From: a virus
Lineage: Duplodnaviria; Caudoviricetes
Length of the DNA: 46,334 nt
Direction: 5' to 3' (one strand)
IMG/VR virus record: IMGVR_UViG_3300027772_000043
Coordinates: 1 to 46,334 of that record
Positions 18,600 to 26,606 of this stretch are shown in pieces. The notes beneath the pieces were generated by a model, which was not told the origin of the DNA, searched no databases, and saw only the letters and a list, made by a program, of their open reading frames with translations. A program made the translations under genes and the position numbers. Every line of letters starts with the position of its first letter. Positions within the stretch are counted from its first letter, which is position 1.

Positions 18600-19441
18600 G
18601 CCCCAGTTTCCAGACGCTCCGCCAGCCCCGCTGGGAGACCTGCATCCAGAATGTCCTGCTGCGCTCCCCGAATGTCGTACTCCACACGGTGGATCTGACG
18701 TGTAACAATCCCATCTGCATTGACTCGCAGCGAGAGCCATGAGGCTCGCGGGTCGTAATCCCGTGGCTGACCTGTGCTACCCGCGTTCATCCATGCACCA
18801 GCCGCTGGCACTTCCAGCATGTTGGGCTTGAGCGCAGCCGTTGTGTACGGTGAATAGATCCAGCCAAGACCCATCCTGTCCTGAAAATCCTGATCGCTCA
18901 TATCAATTTGCTCTGGGGCTATGGCAGAAATTCGGCGATAGATCTCAGCCGCCTGATGCGTATGACCGTACAGACCAAAGTCTGCGTCAAACTCTTCCAG
19001 CGCCTTGAATGCGTCGCCCGCAACGTGTGCTGACATGTACTCCCACATCGGCGCTCGCGGGCTGCCGTGAACAAGGAGCGCATGTTCGTCGCCGATTGCC
19101 ATGCGCGCCATTGGTCGCAGGTTGTACAGGTAATCGCGTGTCCTGTCGGTAATAATATCCTTCGTCCACAGGATTGCAGCGCGAGCGTCTAGGTTAAAGT
19201 TAAGCGCACCGCTAAAATCCTTGATTGCCTCCTCGTCATGGTTGCCAAGAATTCCGCGAGCGCTGACCCTACGCAGCATGTCGCAGACCTCGTTTGGTCG
19301 TGCGCCGTAGCCGACAAGATCGCCCGTGTGCCAGATCTGATCTGGGTTAAACTTGGCGATGTCCTCTAGTACTGCCCCAAGCCCCTGAATGTTTGCGTGA
19401 ACATCGCTGATCACTGCAACCGTGTTAATTCGTTCAGTCAT
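18596..19441 (-). CDS. Calcineurin-like metallophosphoesterase
   Basis: SDVHAN, GDLVGYG, GNHD, HGSP, GHTH, NAGSTGQPRD. Confidence 0.9.
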   Translation of the reverse strand: MTERINTVAVISDVHANIQGLGAVLEDIAKFNPDQIWHTGDLVGYGARPNEVCDMLRRVSARGILGNHDEEAIKDFSGALNFNLDARAAILWTKDIITDRTRDYLYNLRPMARMAIGDEHALLVHGSPRAPMWEYMSAHVAGDAFKALEEFDADFGLYGHTHQAAEIYRRISAIAPEQIDMSDQDFQDRMGLGWIYSPYTTAALKPNMLEVPAAGAWMNAGSTGQPRDYDPRASWLSLRVNADGIVTRQIHRVEYDIRGAQQDILDAGLPAGLAERLETGA

Positions 19442-19664
19442 TTAGTTCCTCCATCTTCTCCCAGTTAACTTCCCCGTCGGGGCTAATCAATCCATCCAAG
19501 ATCATCTGATGAGCCGTTCGCCCATATGATCCTTGCAACTTCCAAGCCGCTCCTGTCTTGATAAGATAGGAAAACATCTTGATCGTTTCCTGCAGCGACA
19601 GGTTGCCCTCCTCGTAGCGGATGATCGCATCCACCATATTAATTCCACCGATTGCCATAATCAA
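19434..19664 (-). CDS. Conserved small phage protein
   Basis: YEEG.L...LIKTGAAWKLQGSYGRTA motif; start may be a few codons downstream. Confidence 0.7.
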   Translation of the reverse strand: MIMAIGGINMVDAIIRYEEGNLSLQETIKMFSYLIKTGAAWKLQGSYGRTAHQMILDGLISPDGEVNWEKMEELND

Positions 19665-19870
19665 TTGTCCTCCGCATATCCATCAAACCATTCGCCGTAT
19701 TTTGCAAAGATGGCTCGTGCCTTCTTGCTCTTGCATGTACTGCTGCTGGTCTCTGGGTCTTTGCACCAAGCCTGTGCCTCTTCCAAGGTCAGCCCGCGCT
19801 TTATGGTTTTCTCTGGATAATCCTCATAAAACATTCGCACAATTTTGAATTTCTGCTCTGTCATATTCAC
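19661..19870 (-). CDS. Conserved small phage protein
   Basis: IKRGLTLEEAQAWCKDPETSS..WFDGY motif. Confidence 0.7.
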   Translation of the reverse strand: MNMTEQKFKIVRMFYEDYPEKTIKRGLTLEEAQAWCKDPETSSSTCKSKKARAIFAKYGEWFDGYAEDN

Positions 19871-20088
19871 TCCTTCCCCCCTGCGAGGGTCGCCCAGTCA
19901 ATTTTTCCTGCGCCTAGCAGGATTGACGCTGGGTCAATGTTGTAGCCGTAAGCCACAAACTGAGCCATGCCCTCCTCTTGCCCGCAGTCGCTGCACACCA
20001 TGGTGGTGTTGTCGTAGCGAGAAAGCGCTCCTCTGGCTGCGTCAAAGTTATTGCTGCAACCATTGCACTGCTGAATTGCTACTGCCAT
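19867..20088 (-). CDS. Small zinc-ribbon protein
   Basis: CNGC...ALSRYDNTTMVCSDCG; GAGGAGG RBS. Confidence 0.7.
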   Translation of the reverse strand: MAVAIQQCNGCSNNFDAARGALSRYDNTTMVCSDCGQEEGMAQFVAYGYNIDPASILLGAGKIDWATLAGGKE

Positions 20089-20135
20089 GATCCCTCCTCT
20101 GTCTGGCTGGGTTTCCTCTCCCAGTCGCTGATGCG

Positions 20136-20164
20136 AGTATAAACGATAGCGTTCCCTGTGTCAA
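20136..20164 (-). promoter_or_regulatory. Sigma70-type early promoter TTGACA-17-TATACT
   Basis: Consensus hexamers; spacer contains AACGCTATCGTT; leader hairpin at 20107..20124. Confidence 0.85.
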
Positions 20165-20167
20165 CCC

Positions 20168-20578
20168 TCAGCCATAAACCAACTCCCCAAAGATTGCGTA
20201 CTGGATAATGACCTCACCGCCAGTAGCATCCATGTCAACCTCTCCGTCGCGTGCGTTATACAAATGCGGATGCTTGGCAAACGCTAGAGCAAACCCGCGC
20301 TCAAGATCCGCCTTGCGAACTTTGAACCAGTCGTTTGGGTCTCGTGTTGGCTCGCCGTTATCCTCATCCTCCTTGACCTCAACATACACATAGTCATCAG
20401 GGAGATCCTTGAGTTTCTCCCCTTCGTATCGCTCAGTTGATGCAAGCGGGTCTTTCTCGTACCAGTCACTCCAATTGTAATTCTGGCACTCGCCCCAGTA
20501 ATTGATACCGCCCTCAATTGCACAGTGGAGAATATCAACGAGATCCTTTTTCTCTAGTTCTACTTGTACGATCTTCAC
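20168..20578 (-). CDS. Acidic phage early protein
   Basis: AIEGGINYW...DA....IIQYAIFGELVYG motif. Confidence 0.7.
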   Translation of the reverse strand: MKIVQVELEKKDLVDILHCAIEGGINYWGECQNYNWSDWYEKDPLASTERYEGEKLKDLPDDYVYVEVKEDEDNGEPTRDPNDWFKVRKADLERGFALAFAKHPHLYNARDGEVDMDATGGEVIIQYAIFGELVYG

Positions 20579-21189
20579 TTTGCCTCCTCCTTAGTATCTA
20601 CAGTCATCCCGCCAAGCGGATGCTTCTTTACTATCCCAGCACCTGCGTACTGCTCATAAAATGCGTGCCAGATTTCCTTGTCTGACTTTCTCACCCAAAC
20701 GCTGCACCCTGCGGCAAACACATTGCTGGTCGGATCTGCAACAAGCGCCACCTCAAACGGCAGGATTGACTCCTTGTGCATTTCCTGCAATTCACCGCCA
20801 AGGCTGACGATTTCCGTCTGCTCTCCCCAAAGGAAGAGACCGTCCGCAGCCTCAAACCACTCGTAACCAAGCGTTGTCACTGCGTGACCTCGCCAAGCAT
20901 CAGTCCTGATCCAGTTGCGCGTGATGCCTTCGCTCTCGCTCTTGTTGAGATCCTCGTAGTATTCCCCATCAACGATCCAGTTCTCAGACACCTTGACCGA
21001 AACTGGCTTCTCGCCATTTCGTAAATAGGTGATGGTGCTGGCGTGTTCAATATCGGATTCAAAACATCCCCAGCAGAATTCGCCGTTGGATTTATCTGAC
21101 CAGCGACCGCCGTCGCCTTCGTTGTCAATGTCGGACTCGCATCCCACGCACTTCGTGATTGGCGAATCTACCGATCCAAGTTCTTCCAT
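20575..21189 (-). CDS. Hypothetical protein with N-terminal CxxC pairs
   Basis: ATG after GGAGGAGG; CVGC...CWGC, TDAWRG motif. Confidence 0.7.
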   Translation of the reverse strand: MEELGSVDSPITKCVGCESDIDNEGDGGRWSDKSNGEFCWGCFESDIEHASTITYLRNGEKPVSVKVSENWIVDGEYYEDLNKSESEGITRNWIRTDAWRGHAVTTLGYEWFEAADGLFLWGEQTEIVSLGGELQEMHKESILPFEVALVADPTSNVFAAGCSVWVRKSDKEIWHAFYEQYAGAGIVKKHPLGGMTVDTKEEAK

Positions 21190-21228
21190 GTTTCCTCCTC
21201 CTATACGGTTCCTCAACCGATTGATTGC

Positions 21229-21257
21229 ATCCTAAACCCTAGCGTTGCGGATGTCAA
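21229..21257 (-). promoter_or_regulatory. Sigma70-type early promoter TTGACA-17-TAGGAT
   Basis: Spacer contains AACGCTAGGGTT; leader hairpin at 21206..21219. Confidence 0.75.
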
Positions 21258-21646
21258 TAGTCTGCATCCTCTCCGTAGAACAAGCGATGTGCTGCAACGT
21301 AATCACCAGTCGCCTCAAGATCCTTGATGTCTTGAAGTTGGCGAGAGATCAATTCCTGCTCACCGATTCTGGTAAGCGCCGCTGCATACTGGTAGCCCAG
21401 CGGGAACTTCTCTAGCACCTTTTCAACTGCCGACCACCGCGCTGCGCGTCGCTGGCATCCGCCGCACTCGTTTCCGTCGTAGCACGCTTCGTGGCACATG
21501 CAGTCATATGGAAAGCAGCATTCCTGCCGATCCTGCTGACCTTGGATATATTCCATGAGACTGTCCGCCTCCTCCTGCGTCAGTCGCTGCCAGTTCTTTG
21601 TGTTCTCTGGGATTCCTACAATTTCTCGTGCTTCACTTAACTGCAT
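21254..21646 (-). CDS. Hypothetical Cys-cluster protein
   Basis: ECCFPYDCMCHEACYDGNECGGC. Confidence 0.7.
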   Translation of the reverse strand: MQLSEAREIVGIPENTKNWQRLTQEEADSLMEYIQGQQDRQECCFPYDCMCHEACYDGNECGGCQRRAARWSAVEKVLEKFPLGYQYAAALTRIGEQELISRQLQDIKDLEATGDYVAAHRLFYGEDADY

Positions 21647-21657
21647 AATTCCCCCTA

Positions 21658-21786
21658 TTAATTGACTACGCTGGCAGACCTGAGAAGTTGTGCCACCTTA
21701 TTGACAAACTCCCTGTCTGTTAGTTGACCTGTGATCCACTGCCTGTGGAGTTCACCGATCTGCAATGCGAGATCCTCCATCGCCAT
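21658..21786 (-). CDS. Small protein (42 aa, not in ORF track)
   Basis: MAMEDLALQIGELHRQW...; GAGGAGG RBS directly downstream of a promoter. Confidence 0.65.
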   Translation of the reverse strand: MAMEDLALQIGELHRQWITGQLTDREFVNKVAQLLRSASVVN

Positions 21787-21830
21787 GCTGTTTCCTCCTC
21801 TGCGTCGGGTTTCCTCTCCCGATCCCTGCG

Positions 21831-21859
21831 ACTATAAACCCCAGCGTTGGCTGTGTCAA
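21831..21859 (-). promoter_or_regulatory. Sigma70-type early promoter TTGACA-17-TATAGT
   Basis: Spacer contains AACGCTGGGGTT; leader hairpin at 21805..21822. Confidence 0.85.
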
Positions 21860-21863
21860 CCCT

Positions 21864-22634
21864 TTATTTTTCTGGAAGTGTTACATCCTCTTGCTGAACC
21901 TTGATCCTCATTCGGCGGGCGGCAGCCTTGGCTCCATTTGGCTTGTACAGGATCTCATCCTCAACCAGCCCGATCTGTTCCGTCGGATCAAGCCACCGCT
22001 TGCCCAGTTTAAACAGGGTCTTGTAGAAATCGGTGTCGTGACCGCTTTTCCATGACAGCCCGTGCGCGATCTCATGCAGCAGAATCCTGCGCCCAGCCCC
22101 GCCCTTGCTTGGGGCTGTGATGTGGCGCTTCGCCCAGCAGACTCCACCATCTGATTTTCGGAACTTGATGCTGGTCGGGTAGTAGCCTGTCGTCCTGTGG
22201 ATTCCCCTGACCACCTTGCCCACCCACTCCAAATGCTCGCTGGAGACCTGACCTCCGACCCACGTCGCCTTGTCGCCTTTGACGAGGAAGATGCTTTGTC
22301 GGTGCTTGTCGCACACCCGCTTTCCGTAGCGTAGCCGCCCACGAGCGGCGCGGGCGCAGCGGGCTTCAAGCAGTCGCCATTGGCAGCGGGGGGCAGTGGG
22401 CATAAGTCGCATCTTAGCCGCTTGTCGCGCCCGCTGGCGTATCAGTTTGCGGAACTTATTAAGTTGATTATTGTGGATGGCACACAGTGCCAGTTTCTGA
22501 TCTACATATTCTGGGAAGTTGTAAAGGTTGACTGTCTTAACGAACTTGGCAGATCGCTTGCAGCCGTTCTCCCCGTTGTGCAGCAGCCAGAACTGCGGGA
22601 GGGGATGCGCCCCTCCCTGACAGTCGGCGGTCAC
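21864..22634 (-). CDS. Basic protein with zincin/SprT-like HExxH metallopeptidase domain
   Basis: ILLHEIAHGL...GHDTDF; GTG start overlapping the upstream stop. Confidence 0.65.
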   Translation of the reverse strand: MTADCQGGAHPLPQFWLLHNGENGCKRSAKFVKTVNLYNFPEYVDQKLALCAIHNNQLNKFRKLIRQRARQAAKMRLMPTAPRCQWRLLEARCARAARGRLRYGKRVCDKHRQSIFLVKGDKATWVGGQVSSEHLEWVGKVVRGIHRTTGYYPTSIKFRKSDGGVCWAKRHITAPSKGGAGRRILLHEIAHGLSWKSGHDTDFYKTLFKLGKRWLDPTEQIGLVEDEILYKPNGAKAAARRMRIKVQQEDVTLPEK

Positions 22635-22768
22635 TTTCGCCCCTTCTTCTTTCGTGGCGAGTAGCACTTGGGGCAGTGGGCGAGTAGCCCACCAGCCTCG
22701 TTCTGAGTGACGATCATGTATCCGTGGCGTATCCCGCCAACTGGACACAGATTCCAAAAGTTGTACAT
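22631..22768 (-). CDS. Small zinc-binding protein (45 aa)
   Basis: ATG after GAGGAGGG; CP.GG.RH...HCPKC. Confidence 0.6.
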   Translation of the reverse strand: MYNFWNLCPVGGIRHGYMIVTQNEAGGLLAHCPKCYSPRKKKGRK

Positions 22769-22781
22769 ATGCCCTCCTCTC

Positions 22782-22970
22782 TTAAAACCTAAGTCGCTTT
22801 TGGAGTTCCGACATATCCAAGTCGGTTGTTGGTTGCGCCTTTGGCGCTGGCTTTGGGGCTTTCCCCTTTTCCTCCTTGGCTCGCCTTTTGGCGACTGCCG
22901 CGTTGGTTCGGTCGGCATGTGCCGCCACCGACGCGAAGGCTTTATCCCAGTTGAAGGATTTCTTCTTCAT
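22782..22970 (-). CDS. Small basic protein, first gene after a strong promoter
   Basis: ATG (MKKKSF) after GGAGGAGG. Confidence 0.65.
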   Translation of the reverse strand: MKKKSFNWDKAFASVAAHADRTNAAVAKRRAKEEKGKAPKPAPKAQPTTDLDMSELQKRLRF

Positions 22971-23013
22971 GGTCACCTCCTCCTTGGCGGATTTCCTCTT
23001 CCGCTCTGCCATA

Positions 23014-23042
23014 AGTATAAAACATGACAACCTGTTTGTCAA
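23014..23042 (-). promoter_or_regulatory. Sigma70-type early promoter TTGACA-17-TATACT
   Basis: Consensus hexamers; leader hairpin at 22987..23004. Confidence 0.85.
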
Positions 23043-23070
23043 GTCGTGCGTAAACTGGTAGGTTTGTTAC

Positions 23071-23106
23071 AAAAATAAGTCCCCCCACGGAGCGACCGTG
23101 GGGGGC
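23071..23106 (-). terminator. Intrinsic terminator
   Basis: Minus strand CCCCCCACGG-TCGCT-CCGTGGGGGG followed by ACTTATTTTT. Confidence 0.8.
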
Positions 23107-23149
23107 GAAGCCTGTAGGGGAGGAACTCCCACAGGCGAAGTCAACGCCA

Positions 23150-23797
23150 TTACGAGGGCTTGGATGCGCCCTTCTGTTCGGCTGAGAGCGAGTGTAGCCC
23201 ATCCCTTGTGAGTTGTGCGTGCTTTTCTTTGTTGGCGGGAATTGCAAAATACGCTTTGCTGCGAGCGGATGCGCTGGCTCGTGATTCATCAGTTTTTTGC
23301 GCGGTGTTGTGGCGCTCCGCAACAATCAGTCCGCCCTTGATCATCGGCGTGAATGGTCTCAGCGGACAGGATGGGATTCTGCACACGCCATCGTCCACAC
23401 ACTCCCTGCAAAACGCGGTGATCGCCGCTTGCATTGAATTTACCTTCGCGTCTGGCTTTTTCTTTGTGCCAATCTTGCGCGACAGGCGAGCGCAGTCGTA
23501 AGAGCAATACGAGCGGCGGAGATTGCTGGCAACAAATGTTTTCTTGCAATACGGGTTAAGGCACATTCTGGTTCTCGCCTTTACCGTCAGCGACAGAAGT
23601 TTCGGCTCGTCGCACATCAGCGAGAGAAGCGAGGCGTTTTCTGGGCTAGGCATAACTGCGCCAAGTAGCCAGAAATTAATAGTTGTTCGTGTCACCTTGA
23701 GTTGGCGCTCTAGTCGGCGCTTGGTAATCCCTCGCCTCCGCATGCTTTCGGAGAGCAAAGCGCCAAACTGTGTTTGGTGGTGGTTTGGCGTGGTCAT
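23150..23797 (-). CDS. XRE-type HTH regulator with zinc-finger motifs
   Basis: GITKRRLERQLKVTRTTINFWLLGAVMP; CLNPYC..YCSYDC; FCREC...C...CPL. Confidence 0.7.
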   Translation of the reverse strand: MTTPNHHQTQFGALLSESMRRRGITKRRLERQLKVTRTTINFWLLGAVMPSPENASLLSLMCDEPKLLSLTVKARTRMCLNPYCKKTFVASNLRRSYCSYDCARLSRKIGTKKKPDAKVNSMQAAITAFCRECVDDGVCRIPSCPLRPFTPMIKGGLIVAERHNTAQKTDESRASASARSKAYFAIPANKEKHAQLTRDGLHSLSAEQKGASKPS

Positions 23798-24255
23798 CGC
23801 CCAAACGCTAGGCGTATCTCTTTGATGGTCACGTTAATCGCCCCCAAGTGCATAGGAGCCAACTGGCTAAACGCGGCTGGACTTAGGTCAATTGCCCGTC
23901 GGTTGGTCGCAGCCCACCTCTTAGCCTTGAGCGCGTTACGCGCCCCGTGGCAGTAGTCGCGCACTAGCACCCTGACGCAGTTAGTCGTGCCGACCCTGCA
24001 CACGCGAACCCAGTAAGGGGTATCGCCGAATCTAAAACTCCCGACAGCCGCATACATAATTTTTTCCCCTGTGCTGTACGGGTTACAAGAATTCCTATAG
24101 CCACCGTAGCAGAACTTTTCTCCCTGCGGATGTGTGCTGCCATACCAAGTAGCCGTGCCTTTAGTTGGAATTCCGTGCGGGGTAAGGGGCGGAGCGTCAG
24201 GCGGCGGGGTGACAGCCACCGTCATGACGGATAGCGCGAGCAGCGCCGCGATCAA
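23794..24255 (-). CDS. Secreted RlpA-like double-psi beta-barrel protein
   Basis: Signal peptide; GTATWY, VRVLVRDYC, AIDLSPAAFSQLA. Confidence 0.8.
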   Translation of the reverse strand: MIAALLALSVMTVAVTPPPDAPPLTPHGIPTKGTATWYGSTHPQGEKFCYGGYRNSCNPYSTGEKIMYAAVGSFRFGDTPYWVRVCRVGTTNCVRVLVRDYCHGARNALKAKRWAATNRRAIDLSPAAFSQLAPMHLGAINVTIKEIRLAFGR

Positions 24256-24650
24256 GACTCACCCAAAAAGATCGTCGCACCCTCTGGGCGGTCTTCGTCG
24301 GCGTACATTTTGTGAGCGACTACGGTTATCACCTGTGCATCGTCGTTCCAAACATGGGCGCTTGTCAAGGCGTCAAGTACAGACCGCACCATTTTGTCTA
24401 GGTCTGGCTTCACCGTGGGCTGCGCCCTCTTCACGGATTTCGGCTTGTGCAAGTAAAACTCAATGACGACGGCGACCGCCTTTTCAAGCGGCGGCTTGCC
24501 CCCCCACTGATGCCGCGCCTCCCACTCAACCAGCGCCCTCCACGGTTTTAGGTTCTTATTGGCGCTCGTAATGATTGGCTTGCCGTTGACGACAAACGCA
24601 CGCGATGAGCCTTGCGGCTCAGGCTTACCAAGAACTTTGATTTGGTGCAT
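24252..24650 (-). CDS. rusA: RusA-like Holliday junction resolvase
   Basis: GKPEPQGS, KPDLDKMVRSVLDALT, WNDDAQV. Confidence 0.9.
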   Translation of the reverse strand: MHQIKVLGKPEPQGSSRAFVVNGKPIITSANKNLKPWRALVEWEARHQWGGKPPLEKAVAVVIEFYLHKPKSVKRAQPTVKPDLDKMVRSVLDALTSAHVWNDDAQVITVVAHKMYADEDRPEGATIFLGES

Positions 24651-25011
24651 ATGTCTCCGCAGTTGCCGATATGTGTCGTATCCACTTTTGCCTGTATATA
24701 TCCATGATTTCTAGTTGGTCACCGTGAAACGATATTGACGCTGGTCTTATCGTCCTTGCCTTGCGCTGCGTCTTCACCAGCCAGCCGCGATTGATCAGCA
24801 CCAACACCCTGCGCTGCGCTGCGGACACAGTTATCTGCATCGCTTCCGCGATGTCACGCACGCTAGGGCTGCTGCCAAAAAACATCCGATAAGCACTGAT
24901 GTAGGCAAACGTGTTCTCGTATCTAAACTGCTCATCTGCCCCAAGGTCAATCATCGCCTCTATCCCCTTTGGGGTCATCATTGTTGGCAAATGCCCGTCA
25001 ATGATGTTCAT
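24625..25011 (-). CDS. LexA-like winged-helix DNA-binding protein
   Basis: SPSVRDIAEAMQITVSAAQRRVLVLINRGWL...ARTIR. Confidence 0.75.
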   Translation of the reverse strand: MNIIDGHLPTMMTPKGIEAMIDLGADEQFRYENTFAYISAYRMFFGSSPSVRDIAEAMQITVSAAQRRVLVLINRGWLVKTQRKARTIRPASISFHGDQLEIMDIYRQKWIRHISATAETYAPNQSSW

Positions 25012-25352
25012 AGCAGGTCAGAGAACGCCCGCGTCAAGTCTGCCTTGAGCGGGTAGATGTCAAAGATGTTCTGCTCGCGATTCTGAAGTCGCCGCGTCAT
25101 CACCGTTGGGATTCCGCGATACTTTTCGTCGCTGGTCTCGTCAATTTCCCAGCGATACACGTTGCCAAACTCGTCCTCAACAACAAAGTTTCCGCCAATG
25201 GCATTCTGCTCCCCGCTCACCACCCGAACCGCCAACCTGTGTGGCTGTCGTGGGTTCCATCGTCCGCTTTCCGTGTATTCACCGTGATTGCAGCAGTTTC
25301 CCTCGCTGCAGCCGATGCACGCGCACCATTCACAACTCTTAATGTCTGTCAT
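25008..25352 (-). CDS. Hypothetical protein with a Cys-rich N-terminus
   Basis: CEWCACIGCSEGNCC; ATGA overlaps at both ends. Confidence 0.65.
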   Translation of the reverse strand: MTDIKSCEWCACIGCSEGNCCNHGEYTESGRWNPRQPHRLAVRVVSGEQNAIGGNFVVEDEFGNVYRWEIDETSDEKYRGIPTVMTRRLQNREQNIFDIYPLKADLTRAFSDLL

Positions 25353-25855
25353 GACCCTAACCTCCGTAATACGCTCCCGATGCTCTCAGAAGTGCGATAA
25401 CTCCCTTTGGTTTCCTGCTTTATAACCATGGATGTTTGTCCGTCTGTCTGTACGTCCGTACGTCTGTCTGTAGCCACGCTTGAGTCACTGTTATCGGTGA
25501 CGATAGGGTGACGTTTGCGTGACGCTGGCGTGATTGCGTTCATTGGCGGCTGGTACTCATCCCAGTTTGCCACCACCCAGCCCCCCGCCAAGCCTGTGAT
25601 CACCACCCCAAGGGACTTGAACCCGTCGGCGATCACATCAACCTCGCTTTGACTGACACTTACGGCTGGCGAACTAATCGCCACACGCAAATCCAAGTCG
25701 TCGCCAATTACGCCATCGTTCTGACACGCACGAGCCAAAAGGCTAAACCATGCAACTACGCCGTTTGCCCCAAACTCCATGCCAATCCTGCGGATCTTGG
25801 TGTTGCTGTCCCAATCGCGATCAACCCGCATCCATTGCCGACTCGTTCTGCTCAC
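25349..25855 (-). CDS. Putative replication initiator/replisome organiser
   Basis: WMRVDRDWDSNTKI...WFSLLA...NWDEYQP N-terminal domain typical of phage initiators; GTG start overlaps the upstream stop. Confidence 0.7.
   Translation of the reverse strand: MSRTSRQWMRVDRDWDSNTKIRRIGMEFGANGVVAWFSLLARACQNDGVIGDDLDLRVAISSPAVSVSQSEVDVIADGFKSLGVVITGLAGGWVVANWDEYQPPMNAITPASRKRHPIVTDNSDSSVATDRRTDVQTDGQTSMVIKQETKGSYRTSESIGSVLRRLGS
25435..25535. repeat. Iteron-like repeats inside the initiator gene (candidate origin)
   Basis: GTGACG at 25497, 25508 and 25519, GTGATT at 25530 (11-bp period); inverted GTCAC at 25484; adjacent GTCT/GTCC tandem array. Confidence 0.55.
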
Positions 25856-26223
25856 ATCTTCCTCCAAACTGACTGCTGCTTTTTGCAGGTATAGCACCCG
25901 CCGATCCTCAAGTCTTCGGCAAGCGTCGCCATCCCGACCTGCCCCTCTTGGACAGAGTTGCAGCCCTGACACTGCCACACTTCTCGCAGCGGCGCTGGCT
26001 GCTCCCCCGTGAGGAGGCGGTACTGCCACAGCGCGTGGCTTGGTCGTGGATCTGGTCGGGACTCAATATGATGCCCCGCCTTCCGCAACTCTTCAATCCG
26101 CGCAGAGTAGCGAGAACCGCCTACCTCCCAAGAGAGGAGTTCAGAGCCGTAGACCCACTGACCACCCGCTGCAAGCAGAAGGTCATGGATCTTTTCGGCT
26201 CTGGTTCTCTTCTCCTCACTCAA
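25852..26223 (-). CDS. HTH protein with C-terminal zinc ribbon
   Basis: RYSARIEELRKAGHHIES; CQGC...CYTC. Confidence 0.7.
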   Translation of the reverse strand: MSEEKRTRAEKIHDLLLAAGGQWVYGSELLSWEVGGSRYSARIEELRKAGHHIESRPDPRPSHALWQYRLLTGEQPAPLREVWQCQGCNSVQEGQVGMATLAEDLRIGGCYTCKKQQSVWRKM

Positions 26224-26606
26224 AACGGAAGCGATGAAAGATCTGGCTCATCGTCGTGAACGACCTGCTGAACCTGATCCTTCTTCCCCGATGCGACCAC
26301 AACGTCGGTTGCGACCACCTGAATCTTGTGGCGAACGTTTCCGCTCTTGTCGGTGTACGACTGTGGCTCTGGCTTGCCCGTGACCAGCACCTTGCTGCCC
26401 TTTTGTGCAAACTTCTCCAAAGCCTCTGCGGTCTTGCCAAAGCAAACTACCTCGTACCAGACTGGCTGGTTCTCATAGCCCTCATCAGTCTTGACCTGCT
26501 TATTGATCGCCACCGAAAGGCGAGCGAACTTTGACCCAGTAGCGGAAACCTTAACCTCTGGGTCACGTCCCAGATTTCCCATGATCGTGATGTGTGCGAA
26601 ATCCAT
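26220..26606 (-). CDS. ssb: Single-stranded DNA-binding protein
   Basis: GNLGRDPE, KGSKVLVTG, acidic tail ending LPF. Confidence 0.95.
   Translation of the reverse strand: MDFAHITIMGNLGRDPEVKVSATGSKFARLSVAINKQVKTDEGYENQPVWYEVVCFGKTAEALEKFAQKGSKVLVTGKPEPQSYTDKSGNVRHKIQVVATDVVVASGKKDQVQQVVHDDEPDLSSLPF

Noticed and set aside
18577-21848. Host LexA SOS boxes in the promoter spacers
   Set aside because: The pattern is AAC-N6-GTT, which matches neither GAAC-N4-GTTC nor CTGT-N8-ACAG
18571-23042. CRISPR-like mini-array from the repeated intergenic motifs
   Set aside because: The repeats are degenerate, hundreds of bp apart, separated by genes, and explained as promoters
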